NCBI GenBank assembly: GCA_028534125.1
Contig: CM052817.1
Location: 22,694,001-22,758,000 of the forward strand
Length of the DNA: 64,000 nt
Source of the DNA: Lama glama
Taxonomy: Eukaryota
Direction of reading: 5' to 3'
Part shown: piece by piece, positions 37,701 through 51,770 of the stretch
Layout of the letters: each line of letters begins with the position of its first letter
Numbering within the stretch: position 1 is the first letter of the stretch
Translations under genes and position numbers: made by a program
The notes under the pieces: generated by a model
Databases searched by the model: none
The model's input: the letters and a program-made list of their open reading frames with translations, nothing else
Told to the model about the DNA's origin: nothing

Positions 37701-38559
37701 TGCATGAGTGGAGTTACTGGATTGGGTTACAGAAAATATAAAATGAGGGCATGTCTAAGATGTATTTATCAGCTGGGTTATGTAATGCCATTTATAGATT
37801 TATAGAAGATGAGGGCAGAAGCTTTGAGGGATAACTTACACTGACTCACACCATTTGAAAAAAGTGTATTTTTAAAGTTAAAATACCATAATAATTTTTT
37901 AAATAGTTTAAGATGCAAACCCAGGAAATGAAAGTAAAGTCCTAGAAAGGACAGCAATCTTAGAACACAAATATCTGTGTTTAGAAATTACTGACACTCA
38001 TGGAAATTTTCTAATTTACTTCCTGTCGTTTTCTGGTTTCTAACCTTTTGACTTTTTACTCACATTGTCCTTTGCAGTTTAGACTCATTGAATAAGGATA
38101 TTTAGACCATCCCCACTGCTTCTATTTTATTCTTTTCTGAGCAACAGTCTTTCAAGTTGAAACCCTTTACTTTCTCCAGAAACAAACTCCCAGGACATGG
38201 CACCCACCCTCATCTAATGCCTCTCTTATAATCTTTGTAAGCACATCATTATTCTTATTCCATATTAAATGAGATCAGCTATTGTCTAAGTTACTTTATA
38301 GATCTATAATGGTATCTAAAATAAGACGCACACTATGATAATGTAAGATGAACTAGTACACAGAAACACAGTCTAATTGGAATTAATTTAGACAATCAAT
38401 CGTAGTGCTGATGCTGCCAACAAGGGGTCAGATCAGTGCCAACGTTGATTGTGGTTCTTCTCTGACAATTGTTTTATGGCTATTAAATGAAAAGCATAAT
38501 AGCACTGAGCTCAAAGGAATCCTGCTGCTTCTCTCCCTCAAACATAACTTAGCAGCTCT

Positions 38560-38850
38560 TACTGTAAATCTCTGTACCCACTCATCTTCGTTTCTAGCTT
38601 GTTATAGCCTTGATTCAAAATCCTCGATTTTCCCTTAGTTGCATCTCATATAACAATTTATCAAATGCCTTGCTGAGATCTAGGTAAAAGACTTCCACTG
38701 CCTCTGCCTCATCTACTTCCCTGCTCCCTGCAAACACTTGATCAGGTCTCTGGGGCCCCGTCCTTTTTTCTCATACAATGTCTCAAAACCTGTATACTCG
38801 CTGCTCTTCTCTGGAAAACTTGCATGCTTGTTTATTGTAATTGAAACACT
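38560..38850 (-). mobile_element. CR1/L3 LINE reverse transcriptase remnant
   Basis: 38716-38657 on the minus strand translates to VDEAEAVEVFYLDLSKAFDK, the CR1 RT YLDFSKAFD motif. Confidence 0.8.
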
Positions 38851-38881
38851 TACTAGCTCAAAACATCAGGTTCCAGGAGTT

Positions 38882-38901
38882 TGTGTGTGTGTGTGTGTGT
38901 G
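38882..38901. repeat. (TG)10 microsatellite
   Basis: Read directly. Confidence 0.95.
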
Positions 38902-38999
38902 AGTGATTTTTTTTGTTTGTTTTTTGTTTTTGTTTTTTATTTTAACAGTCAATTTAACACGAAACGTTTTTCTATTCAGGTTCTCACAGGGACGACTGA

Positions 39000-40180
39000 A
39001 ATAGTATGCTTCAGAATTTGTACCCCTTTTGTGTCTTTTCCCCTCATATCACTGCAAAGACTGCTAATCTCTCTCTCTTCTGAAACTCTATTACGTCCAC
39101 CTTTTTCACACCATTTCTTACTGACTCCCCTCCTTTTCACGGATCATTTGCTCCTTTCCTCCTTTGCCCACATCTTTCTCCAACAGTTATTTGAACACTG
39201 GTGTTCATCAGGGTTTCCATACTCAACCCATTATGATTACCCTGCTACATATTTTCTCTGTGTGATCTCATTGATTCCTGTCACAAACCGTTCTCTCCCT
39301 TGAAACTCTGTTGTCCACATGTCTGCTGAACATCACTTAAACTAGTCTTTCCACAGGGATGCTAAAGTCAACATTTCTATAACTGGTCTCATTTTTCACT
39401 CCATAATAACCTTGATTTCTTCTTTTATTTTCTCTCCATTTAATCTATCTTCTACCTTGCTGCCCAACTCAGAAAATTGAGGCTCATATTAAACTGTTGC
39501 TTGTCCTCTTTCCAAATGCAATTAATCATATTCTACTGATTTTCACCTTGTAAAAGTTTCTAAATTCTGCTTTTTTCTTTGAGGCTCCCCTATTACTGTG
39601 TCATCATCATGCCAAGAACCTCCTGTGTATTCTTACTATGAAGGGCCTTCTGAAAGCCATCTGCACATTGCAGCTAGATTAATCCATTTCACATCAACTG
39701 TTCAAATCTGTCAATCATTCTCCATCATGTAGGATGAACTTTAAGCTCCTTAGCTTGAGAATAAAGTCCTCCATATCATGACCTAAGTGTGCAAACTTAT
39801 TCTCTACTTCTGTCTACATGGAAATCTAATTTCTGGCAATTTTAATCAGTTACAGTTCCTTTATACATTTAGTCATGCTGATCCTTTTGTCTAGAAACTT
39901 TTTTTTTAATCTGAACTACATTATATTAAATTTCAAAAGTAATGTTGGCAACCCATTTTAGGCTGGGCAATATATCTCCTGCTCTGCACTCTCATGACAT
40001 TTTAGTGCACAGCTTGACCTTAGTTGTCACTTTATGTTGAAACTAACCATTTCAATAAATTCCTACCACTAGCCTGTGAGTTAACAAAATAAAGCTTTAA
40101 TGCCCTTTTCATCTTTTTGTAAGTAGTATTTGGCACAATTTTTGGCTCACAGGAAGTGTTTAGCAGAATTTGCCTGAAGG
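39000..40180 (+). mobile_element. L2 ORF2 and 3' fragment, decayed
   Basis: gctgcccaactcagaaaattgaggctcat, ctgcacattgcagctag and aggatgaactttaagctccttagc. Confidence 0.6.
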
Positions 40181-40329
40181 AATATCTTTTCTAGGGAATT
40201 ATCTGAGTTTTTACCTTACATTTGTCTTTCATTTCTTAGTATTTCTGTATTGCTTTCAGTTACTAGCGGGACTCAAGCAGGGAAGATGAACTGATGTTTG
40301 CTGATGTTCATGGTAGCATCTCTCAAAAA

Positions 40330-40535
40330 GTCATGGTGTGTAGTTAAAAAACATAGTGAATGCGCAATGATTTGTCCTTGTCTTATGGTCATATCATTAC
40401 TAACCATATGGCCTGTAGAGAAATTTCTAGCTTTTCCAACCTTCAATTTTCCTGCCTGCAAAACAGATGTAATGGTTACACTATTGAGATGTTGTTAGAA
40501 ATCAAAAAAAAATGCATATCAAAAGTTTTATACTA
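40330..40535 (+). mobile_element. MIR/MIR3 fragment
   Basis: catggtgtgtagttaaaa...ccttcaattttcctgcctgcaaaacagatgtaat. Confidence 0.55.
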
Positions 40536-40559
40536 ATAATACACAAAAGACTGTCAATA

Positions 40560-42050
40560 CATGTATTCATTCACTCACTCATTCACTTATTTAATAAATA
40601 TCCATTAAAGGCCTACATAAGTTCAAGGTACTATGCTGGCTCTGGAGATTAAACAAAAGAGTTAAATGTCAAGTGGTATCTGCCCTCTTGGACTCACAGT
40701 CTCATTTAGGAAACAAAGGTTCAATATATAATTACATGATAAATCATTTAATTTAGATTGTGATAAATGCTAGTGGTTACCTAATGTGGTTTATAACTTA
40801 GGAGATTAGGAGACTATGGGTTAAAGGTATGAATCAGAGAAGGTTTCCTTGAGCAAATAGTAGTTAATCAGCAATTAGAAGGACATGAAATACAGAGTTA
40901 TGGGCGATAAACTGAGTGAGGAGAGACTCGATGGAGGATCCGCGTGGCTCTTTGGTGTATTAGTTTTCAATTGCTGCTGTGACAAATTACCACAAACTTA
41001 GTGGCTTAAAACAACACAAATGTATGGTGTATCTGTAGATAGAAATCTGACTCATCTCTCACTGGGCTGAAATCAAGGTGTCAGCATTCCTTTCTGGAGG
41101 CTCTAGGATAGAATCCCTTTCCTCGTCTTTTCCACCTTCCAGAGGCTGCCTGTTTTCCTTGACTTTTATCCCTTTTTCCCCTCCTTCAAACCCAGCAATA
41201 TCAGACCTAGTCTTTCTTATATTCTCACTGCTCTGATTCTCCCTTCTGATTACCCTTCCCACTTCTAAGGACTCTTGTGAGCATATGGGGTTTACTTGTA
41301 TAATACAGAATAATTTTAAGATCCATCTGATTAGCACTCTTAATTTCATCTGCCACTTTAATTTTCCTTTGCCTTGAAAGGTAACCTATTCACAGATTCT
41401 GTAGATTTGGATGTGGACACCATTAAGGGGACATTACTCTTACACTTCAGAAAATATTTCTGACTATAGTCTGAGTAGATTGGCAAGAAACCAGCATGAG
41501 CATGTACTAAGTATGAGGCTTTTACACTGGTATGCAAAAGATGATGGTAGACTGGTTTGAAAGAAAATTAAACTTAAGTTAGACTTAAGATATGTTTAAG
41601 AAAAAGAATCAGAAAATTTTCATAATTTATTTTTTGGAGGTGAATGTTGACAGACAAAGAGGTGTTGAGTCTGAATCCCAGACCTCTGGCTTTAGCAGAT
41701 AGATAGGGGGAAAGTTTTATCACTGAAATATTGACCGCTGGAAATGAACCACACTTTGAAGAAGAGATAATAAATTCAAACATGCATAGATTGAGTTTGA
41801 CATATCAGTTAGACCAAATGAGAATGTCATTTGGCAATGGGATATGCAGGTCTGAAATCAGGGTTATCACTCAGAATTGTCAACCTAATGATACCAAATG
41901 AAAGCACAGAAGTCAGTACGGTCCCTTACAAAGGAGGTAACAAGTTGGGAGTAGAGAAAGCATAGATCCCTAAATAGCTATCAAACACTTAAAGCATGAG
42001 TAGAGGAATGTGAGGTGTGAAAAACTAATAGCAGGCTACAATGTCTGGTA
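40560..42050 (-). mobile_element. L2, split by an MLT1 LTR
   Basis: attcattcactcactcattcac tail at 40565; ttgagtttgacatatcagttagacc near 41790. Confidence 0.65.
40956..41444 (-). mobile_element. MaLR LTR (MLT1C/D)
   Basis: tgtattagttttcaattgctgctgtgacaaattaccacaaacttagtggcttaaaacaacac...tctggaggctctagg. Confidence 0.9.
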
Positions 42051-43399
42051 TATTTTCAGAGCCAAATATATTGAATGCAAACTCTCATCATTGTATCATA
42101 AGTTTAACCATCATATTCTCACTACTAAATATGGAACATTAGAAAAAATCTCATGAAGTAAAAGAAATGCTAAATGGTTTACTTGCTGGCCAAATACTGG
42201 ACCTCCTTTCTAGAGCTTTAGTATGTACTGTCTTGGACAAAGACTACAATCCTTTTAAAGATTCTCAGTGACAGACTGGACACATGGCTGTGACCCTTTT
42301 CAAACATGTTTTATTGGGATCCCTTCAAATAGCCATTTTATGTTTTCTTATTTATGACATGAAGCTTTACTTTCCCATACCCTGCTGAGTGACACCATGT
42401 TTCATCTTCCTTAGCGGAGAATCCTGAGGTGTTCCTTCCATTGCTGATTAAAAAATAAATCTTGGAAGGGATTTTGGATTTACTCAAGTATTAAAAAAAA
42501 AAAAGAAAGGAAGCCTGTCATTTGGATGTGTCAAGGAACTGGGGTTCCTAGCTAGTGAGCACTCTCCTACTTTCCTGTAAAACAGGGCTTAGAACTATGA
42601 AAGTTTTATTATTAGGATTATTGTTTAATTTTGAGTATGTGTCCTTTACCTTGCCAAACTACATCTTCTTTTTAAAAATAGTTATGTATTATGAAATAAG
42701 GAGAAGTTAAAGGGTGAAGCCAATCTTCTTGGAGAGAATCTAGCACAAAGGGTTGATATTTCAATGATCAGTTCCAATTTTAGAACCATTCCACTCACTT
42801 TTGTCTGGCCACATATTCATATATTTGCAAAGATTTATTGAGGACTTACTGTGCTAAGCACTGTTATATTTGTTGGAATAAAACTATTAAACCAGACAGA
42901 CAGAATCCTCATTACTTGGTTCTTGACTTCTAATTATTGTTAAATTAAACAACTTTGTGTCTTAAACGACAGACTACTGTATTCATAAATCCATACAGAA
43001 ATTAAGATAAAATATACAATAAAATTCTTGTGATAATACTAAGCATGGTGGTTCAAGTAACCATTTCTTAGTACCCATTTAATATTGTCTATGTGTGTTT
43101 CAATATATTCTTAAGATGTTTTCCTAAAATCCACTACCATTTAAAAACAAAGAAGAATCCCGAATCTGAACACACATATTTATTATTGGTCACATTCTAT
43201 TTGTCACATTCTATTTGTCATCTGCTAAGTGTTACAATAAACTTCAATCTTATTTAATTTATTACAAAGTAAATGCTTAATAGAATATCTTAAACAAAAT
43301 TCTACTTAAAATTGTTTTTTAGAAAGTTGGAGATTTGTTTCTGATCTATGAAGAAGCAGAATATTTAAAATTGGCTTGTACCACAAAACCCTATTTCTA

Positions 43400-43780
43400 G
43401 TACCTTAGTTTCCTTTCCATAAATCATTGTTCAGAACAGTTGGCCAATTTACTATTAGTTTCATTGATCCTTTCCACTGATCTTATAGTGCTGTAAAGAA
43501 TTTTGTCAAAGGCTTTCCAAACATCTAAGTTTAAAATCCTCTTTAACTCCCTTCCCGCATTTATCTACCTGGGGTGAAGTCCCTGAAGAATTTTACAAAA
43601 GTAGTGAGTGATTCCTTTTATTCCCTAAATGTGTGTTGTCTGTTCTTAATCAAGCTGAGCTTTTCAAAGTGGTTTCCATTTGATCTCTAAAAATAGTTGC
43701 TGAAACTTTTCAACATAACAGAAGTTAAAGGAAACTCTCTGAAATACCTAAGTGTGTTTCCAAGACTGGCCAGTTACTAT
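43400..43780 (-). mobile_element. CR1/L3 LINE RT remnant
   Basis: Minus strand near 43500-43530 translates to LDVWKAFDK, and near 43700-43730 to PLTSVMLK (cf. CR1 PVSLTSV). Confidence 0.6.
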
Positions 43781-46339
43781 TTTGTTTTAGTAATATACTT
43801 AAAGGGATGTTTTATTAATAGAAAAAAATTGTAATGATGAAAGCTACATGTCTTTTTTGATTAAAACAAATAGTTCAAAAGGAAAAAAATTTAGTGTTCT
43901 ATTAATTGGTTATCTTATTGTAGTATTTTTAATTGACATCAGGGAAAAATAATTTTTTTCTCCTCTCTCAGAATGCTAGGTCTGTTAGAGCAGTTCTGGA
44001 CTCTGATAGACATTACTAATGGGAGAGGGAGGGAATGTTGATGTTTGTCAAAGATTTGTCTTGAAACTATTAAAATGCTATTAGTGTTTCACAGCAGTTC
44101 ACTGTAAATTTCTAGTTGGTATTGGCTATACATCTACAGACATCCTGTGTATTTTGTTTTGGAAGATCTGATAAAAACATTTTGACTCTAATTACCTCTT
44201 TGCTCAGGAAAAATGGGTGACCTCGAATGAATAACTCAAATTTTCTAAGCTTCAGCTTCCTCCCTAAAAACAGGTGGCCAAGAAACTTTAGAAAACACTG
44301 GAAGATAGATGTAAGATCATAAAGGATGCCTATCTTAAAATTGCTGTGTTTTTCCATATCCCATGGTGTTATAATTTGTTTGGAAGTCCTTTCAGACAAG
44401 CACGAGTTTCTCAGTTTTCAGCTATGAAGTCTGATCCTGTTGAAGTGTCCCCACGCCCTACCACTACTCAAAACTGTGTAAACATATTCTCCAAACTTTT
44501 TGTATTTTTGCAAAAACGGGTGTGACAGTTTTACTGCATTGGTGGATGACTGTATTTCTTTAAGATGAACTTCTGTGTGCCCCCAATCTCAAGTCATTTT
44601 TTTGTGTACAATACACTGTGTGTTAAGAATGACCAAAAATCTTTTCCCCCTGAATAGCTTCTGACTTAGTCATTTCTTTTTCAATGAGAAGTTTGGTCTC
44701 TGAATCATAGGTGTCTACCTTGAGAGAAGAGCCAACAAGAAGATAGATTTCCTCAACATGAAAACTTTGGATATTTTCAGCCAGTAAAATACTAAAATAG
44801 ATTTTTCTAATCAAGAAATTGTTCTCCATGCACACAGAACAATGGTTCAGAAGGGGGATAAAAGATAAAAGGATTTCCTGATATACAGACTACAGATTTT
44901 TTGGGACTGCTTAAGTTGGTCTTTATGGACCCACAGAATTTTCAAAATAGGTGTCAGATAATCCACACTCTTGCTAAAGTCATGTGTTAAATAATACGTG
45001 CATGGGCCTCTTACATTCTCTGGGGAAAATGATTCATGGTTCAAATTAAATTTACCATGGATTTCACAATACATATATGTTCACATATTAATTACTAATT
45101 TCTTTTACCTATTATCAAAATGCTTAATTATCTTTAACTGTCACCAAAACCTGAGAGAAAAGTAAAGCAGATACAATTCTAAGTGTTTCATGGATAAGAA
45201 GATTATTACTGATAGTCTTAATATTTCCCAAAGCAAACATACAAACAAGGAAGAGGGTCAGATTCTGAGTAAGATTTCTGATCTCTAAACAACGAGCTAA
45301 TGTTCTCAACTGTTCCAATGACCAAATTACATTTTAAACCTCCAGCATAGGTACTGAAAAATAGCAGTTTATCCAAATAGTCTGTCTCTCCCCATCCAGG
45401 TACATTATCTCATTAGGCATGTCAGCTGCCCTATTGACCATTATTTTCCTCCTGCATCTCATCAAATTCTATTGTTCTCCTTCTAGTATTGACCTTTATC
45501 AAGTCAATCTTAATTCTGCAGTTGCCCACAAAGTTTTCTCCAATCATCAACATTAAACTTTCTACCACATGTTTGATTAATTGTGTTGTAGTCTCCTCTA
45601 CTGCCCAAGAATCGTTGGTAGTGTGGAAACAGAAAGAACAAGGCTAGCTATCTAATCTTGTTCTCGCATATATCAGATAGTGAGGGTGTCTATGGAGCTG
45701 CAAGGCCATTTAATTAATATTTTTTCCTCATTTTTAACTGCTGATGTTTCACTGGATAAGAGTTACAAGCAGACACGTTTGCCATATCAATGAATAGAGT
45801 GAAAGACACTCCTCATTGATTAAAATGCTAGCTATTACATTCAGAATAAGCGAGTCTATTGGGAATGACATTGGCAAACTAGACTAAAAATTGCAGAAGT
45901 ATTTCCATGCTGTCTGTTAAAGACTGGCAAGAGGGAATTCATATGCATGAGAGTGGTAACATGAATTCTAACTCTAATAGTGAGGGCAGAAAGTTCAATA
46001 AGTGAGGGATTCATTTGCCTACTAACTGGCTGTTCCTTTTTAGTACAGGTGCTTCAAGAAACTATTGCCCCACATCTGAGGAACAGGTTTAACCTTGTTT
46101 TACTGTTATACAATTCTTTCATAAACATGGAATCAGCTAACAGATGGTTTACCTATCTACTGATTGAAAACTGAGTGACCAGGAGTTCAATGTGGAGCAT
46201 TACAGTCATCATTGGTAACTCAAGTTCTGAGAAAGTTTTATTTCACTTTAAGTCTAAGTCACTGCAGTTTTACTCATTGGTTCTAGAATGTAAAATATTT
46301 ATGTTAATTTGCATGAGTTTAAACAGACTTAATTCTTTA

Positions 46340-46480
46340 AGATGATGATTATTTGATAGGATTTCTTGATAATTCTGGTTACCTTCCTCTTAAGTACCCC
46401 AGTTTGCATACTGCTTTTAACATATATTGTAATGCCCAGAGCTGAATATACTGCATTATGTATACCATATGTGTGTACAG
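46340..46480 (-). mobile_element. CR1/L3 ORF2 C-terminal remnant
   Basis: Minus strand attcagctctgggcattacaat...caaactgggg...agaggaaggtaaccaga resembles L3 gttcagttctgggcaccac...caaactggag. Confidence 0.5.
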
Positions 46481-46789
46481 TGAAATATATAATATCACTG
46501 TAATGTCCCGACTTGACATTATTTTTAAAAATTTCAAAGTTCATTAAATATGTAATTACCTTCAATATATTTTCAGCTGTCAAGCAGAAGATTGGGTTTT
46601 TTTTTTTACAGATCTAAATTTAAAAATATATATCATTTTATTACCTAAAAATATTTTTTGTGTACATTTTGATTTGTAGTCTGTCTCTTTTCATTATTTT
46701 GATTATTAAATTCTAATTTATGGTGTTAGGTAATTAACTATTCACCAGCAAGCAGTGAATGAGAAATTATTATTTTTAAAACCCACTTT

Positions 46790-46990
46790 ATTAGGCAATA
46801 AAAATAACATAAAGCATTTACTATAGGCTAAGTTTTTGTATGAATTACTTTAATTTTCACAACAACCTTAAAAAATATTTACTACTATTACTCCTATTTA
46901 TAAGATGGGGAAGTAAGATTAGAGTGTTTAGACAACTTGACCAAGGCTAGAGTTAAATTACACATCTCTCGCCTGCCTTATTGTCTTTAA
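46790..46990 (-). mobile_element. MIR
   Basis: taattttcacaacaacct...ctcctattttataagatgggga...aacttgaccaagg. Confidence 0.65.
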
Positions 46991-47528
46991 ACCAAACTCA
47001 ATTCTCTTTCTCCATACAGTAAGTTTACTTTTAATACAAGATGCAGTCTTTCAAAGAAAAAGACCAATATTGGATCCTCCTCAGTAACCTCTAGACATTC
47101 CTATATAGATTTGAATTCAACATTTTAGTTTTCAGGCCAGATATCAGAATGTCTTCTTCTTCCACTATGTCCTGATAAGGAATTCCTTGAATTTAGCTTG
47201 CATATAGGTAACACAGGAATCCCCTATTTCAGCCACAGTTGATCAAATTGCAGGTAAGCACTATACCCATGTTTGGCCAATCTATAATCCCGATGGTCAA
47301 TAACATATGAATCCTCTGGTATGATACTCTTCCCCTAAGTACCATGAAATTATTTGATGTCAGTAAACATTTTAAATTTAAAACTAAGGTAGAGAGACCT
47401 AGGCAAGTGTAATAGAGACTAAAGTTACACAATTGTTTTATTGTGTGAAAACTAGTCGTGTATTTTTCTCTTATTTACTATTAAATTTTTTCTTTTTCAA
47501 GCATGAGCTTTAAAAGAGTAAAAATAAG

Positions 47529-48517
47529 TTTTTCAGAATATATAAACAGCTCATACAACTTAATAATAAAAAAAAAAAATCCAAAATGGGCAGAAGACCT
47601 AAACAAGCAATTCTCCAATGAAGACATACAAATGGTCAACAGGCACATGAAAAAATGCTCAATATTGCTAATTATCAGGGAAATGCAAATCAAAACTACA
47701 ATGAGGTATTACCCCACACCAGTCAGAATAGCTATCATTCAAAAGTCCACAAATGACAAATGCTAGAGAGGCTGTGGAGAAAAGTAAACCCTCCTTCACT
47801 GTTGTTGGGAATGTAGTTTGGTGCAGTTGTTATGGAAAACAGGATGGACATATTACAAAAGACTAAAAACAGACTTAGCATATGATCCAACAACCCCACT
47901 CCTGGATATATATCCAGAAGAAACTTTAATTTGAAAAGATACATGCACCCCAATGTTCACAGTAGCACTATTTACAACAGCCAAGACATGGAAACAACTT
48001 AAATGTTCATCAACAGATGACTGGATAAAGAAGTTGTAGTATATTTATACATTGCGCTACTACTCAGCCATAAAAAAACAATAAAATAATTTCATTTACA
48101 GCAACATAGACGGACCTGGAGACTGTCATTCTAAGTGAAGTAAGCCAGAAAGAGAAAGAAAAATACCATATGATATCACTTATATGTGGAATTAAAAAAA
48201 AAAAGACAAATGAACTTATTTACAAAACAGAAACAGATTCACAGGCATAGTAGACAAACTTATGGTTACTGGAAAGGGGAAGGAGGTAGGAAGGGATAAA
48301 TTGGGATTTGATATTTGCAGATACTAACTACTATATATAAAATGGATAAACAACAAGTTTATAATGTATAACACAGGGAACTATATTCAATATTTTGTAG
48401 AAACCTATAATGAAAAAGAATATAAAAACAAGTATATGTATGACTGAACTATTATGCTGTACTCAGAAATTAACACAACACTAGAAACTGACTATACTTC
48501 AATAAAAGAAGAAAAAA
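47529..48517 (+). mobile_element. 5'-truncated L1 (ORF2 end plus 3'UTR, camelid/cetartiodactyl-type)
   Basis: ORF 47503-47766 ([26 protein letters not shown]...[11 protein letters not shown]) is the L1 ORF2 C-terminus; ends gactatacttcaataaaag. Confidence 0.95.
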
Positions 48518-51319
48518 GCATTTTTTAAAAAATTATAAGAAATATAAACATTTAACACTTTCCATTTTTAACAATGCAGTTTTGAGCACAATTTCCATCA
48601 AACATTTACATGATATGAATAAGTAACTCATTTTGGTTAAAATATTCAAGCTGTTCTCAATCTAGAAATATAAACTATTTGTTGTATTTGTAGCAACTTT
48701 TTTGATAGCATTAAAAAGTTTTCTAGGCCCCTGTGATTTGTGCAAAATATTAGGAAATGCTCCAGACTCTTAATTATTAAAGCCGATTACCCTTTGTTTT
48801 ACCACAGATTCAGAAGTCATTTTTATATTTTTGTGGAATATTTAACATATTTTATCTCTTAGCTATTTCATAATTTCCAGATTTAAAAACATATTTGTGC
48901 ATATGTGTCTGCCTGTGCTAAGCATAATTAAAAATTAACAAAAATATTCTAAATTTTTGATATATAAATGACCAATGTGTTTAAATGTGTAATCATTTGA
49001 ATCTAAAGTGACTAAAGAAAATAATACATCAGAACATAATGCCTCAACTGCTTTCACAGAAAATTCATTAATATAATTTTAGTATAAGACTAACCAATAT
49101 AATATGAGAATGTGTACTAATTATTATTTAATCAGATAATTGAAAAGAAAAAGATCAAGAAGACATTTTTAACACATGCCAAGACCACTTGTTCTATAAT
49201 CATTTATGCTTTGTTTCACAGGCTATTATGAGATTCTACATAATTTTAGCATTTTCCAGTTTCACCTTTATTTTCCAATTAATAACTTTGTAGCAAATAT
49301 AGAAGCACTGTTATAAATTAGGCATTACTAATATAATTGTGAGAAGAAACTATACAGAAAAGAAACAAAGGTAAAGCATCATCATAAACTCATTAACACC
49401 AAAGTGTTCTAATAGCAATTTCTATTTTTAAAATTCCTGGTTCCTCTGTGTATCCAGGGACATGATCATGGATCCGTATCAATTAACAAGGGTACACACC
49501 AGGGAGGATTATATCATTTGATTCATATGAATAAGTTGATTCAGTTTCAAAAATTTACAGATAACTTGCTGATGGAGGCCAATTTTCAGGAGTTTTACTA
49601 TTACCTATTGTTCTTCTACTTTATAGTTCATAATTCTCAAAGGCAAGTTAATTAAACATGATTTTTTAAAGATACAGGTTCCTTCTGGGACAATGCATAA
49701 GTCATTTTTATACTTCAACACTCACATACAACACATAAAATTGCCTTTTGAAAATTATTGTCACTAGAAAATCACTAGAAATTCAGGAAAGAAAACTTGA
49801 TATAGGAAAATCATCTATCTTGTCACCTAAAGATAAAGTTAATGAAGGACTCAGAGCAAAGCATAGCTACCAATAAAACAAACATTTAGTCATTCTAAAT
49901 ATTCTTATATGCCTTAATATAAATTTCCATGTGTCTGCAGCTCATCCTTTCCAAGTCTCAATATTATCCCAAGTAACTTCAAATTCAGTTAACAAATCAT
50001 AAATGTTTCTCACATGGTATTTCTAATATCTGCCTGTGAAATGCCATTTTTATGTAGACAAACTAAACTTTTATATATAATTTTTATATATAATAAAATG
50101 TCAATTTATTACTAACATTTCCTTACTCAGGCTCTTTACCATTCCATCTGTTCTTCACTTTGACAATGTGAGTTTTCTCACATGAAGGCAAGATAAACAT
50201 TTTCTATATTTTGTCACATTCTTCTCATATAGGCCTAAAAATATTTTTGAACTCACAAAATTCGTCTATTGATTGTCAAAGAATATTTAATTGGGTAAAA
50301 TCTAGTTTACTCGTACCTCCATTTTGACTTAGAAGAAGATAAACTGAATTTAAATAATTAACTGGTGCATTTCACCCTTTAAAAATGAAGAAATTTCTAG
50401 ATGACTTTAAATAAATGAAAAGCTTTAATTTGGTAGTATTTCAAAGGGAAGGATTTTTCTGTTTGCATCAAAGACTTTTTTTTAATGGTTAAAGATCCAA
50501 CTATAAAATGTGTGAATGTTATTTGAGAAAAGTTTGCTGATTTAACCATTTTAATTCTCACTGAGTACTTGTGAGACATGTGGCTGGCAACTATTATTAG
50601 CCACTTTTTCTCTCACTCATACATTTGTATTGCACTATAATAGAACAATGGATGGAATAGTAGGGCTTTTTAAGAGACAGTATTTTCATTGTTGTTTACA
50701 ACTAATGAAAAATACACCTGTATCCACAAATATGACACACATACAGATCGTCAAGTACCACATACGTAGTCTCTTATGCAGTTGGATGGTGGGTACTTTT
50801 GCTATATGTATGTGTCTAATGTTAGTACCAGTTTCTGTCTAGTGCTTAGCATAGAATCCAAACAATACCCCTTCAGAGGATAAGCTGACTATTGAGAATT
50901 TTAAAGAACAAATGTTTCTAGAGATTATTGAATAGACGTTTCTAGAGATTCAGCTTTAGCAAATCACTGTGGAAGAAACACCTTTACAACGTGTTAAAAG
51001 AGAAACGCTATAAAGACCACTTTGTGTTTTATTCTGTTCCTGTGAGTATAATGTTAAGTGGCAGACATTAAATTGGATCACTTAACGATAATTCAAAGCC
51101 CAAATTTAATGGTAAAGTAGGCTCATGATGAGTCAGGGATAGAGAGCATCTAGAATACACTATTATATTTTTCTTAGGAAATAATTCTTATTTAGAAAAA
51201 AAAGCAATTCATACTTCTTCTTGAGATTTGGAAATAAAATTAAATTTGGATTAATAAAAATTATTACTGTCATCCTGAAATAGCCATTGTGATCATTTTT
51301 AGAAATTACCTAAAAGCAG

Positions 51320-51770
51320 ATAGTATCCAGTGTCAGTGCTCTGGCTGTATCTCCATTTTCTGTACCGTTTTAGCGCACACTGGTGCACACTGGTGCCCGT
51401 GCTTTCATGCCCAGTAGCCAGCCTGCTTCTTTGTTGGAGTTCCGCCTGAGGCTGCCAAAACACCATTAGCCATTCGCAGAGAACCAGAATTTCCTGGGGA
51501 TTTATGAACACACTCCTGCGCCCACCCTACAGGCCTTAATGTCTGCCCTGTGGAGGTGGTTTAAACGCTCCTCAACTCTGGGTGTCATCTCCCAAGCTCT
51601 CCCTCCGGGACTGGGGCTAAATTACCCTCTGAGGGACACTGCATATATTGTCCTGTATCTTTTCTACTTCTATTCCTATCCTATTCTCTACCAGATTTTC
51701 TATTTATTAGTTTTTTGGATGTAAACACATCCTAAAAATTACTTCCAGATAAAACTGATCAGAACCTCAT
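51320..51770 (+). mobile_element. ERVL LTR (LTR16-like)
   Basis: catgcccagtagccagc, ctccctccgggactggggct and ttccagataaaact. Confidence 0.6.

Noticed and set aside
44623..44835. Globular-looking 70-aa minus-strand ORF or exon
   Set aside because: The donor is weak (aag|gtagac) and I recognise no homology.
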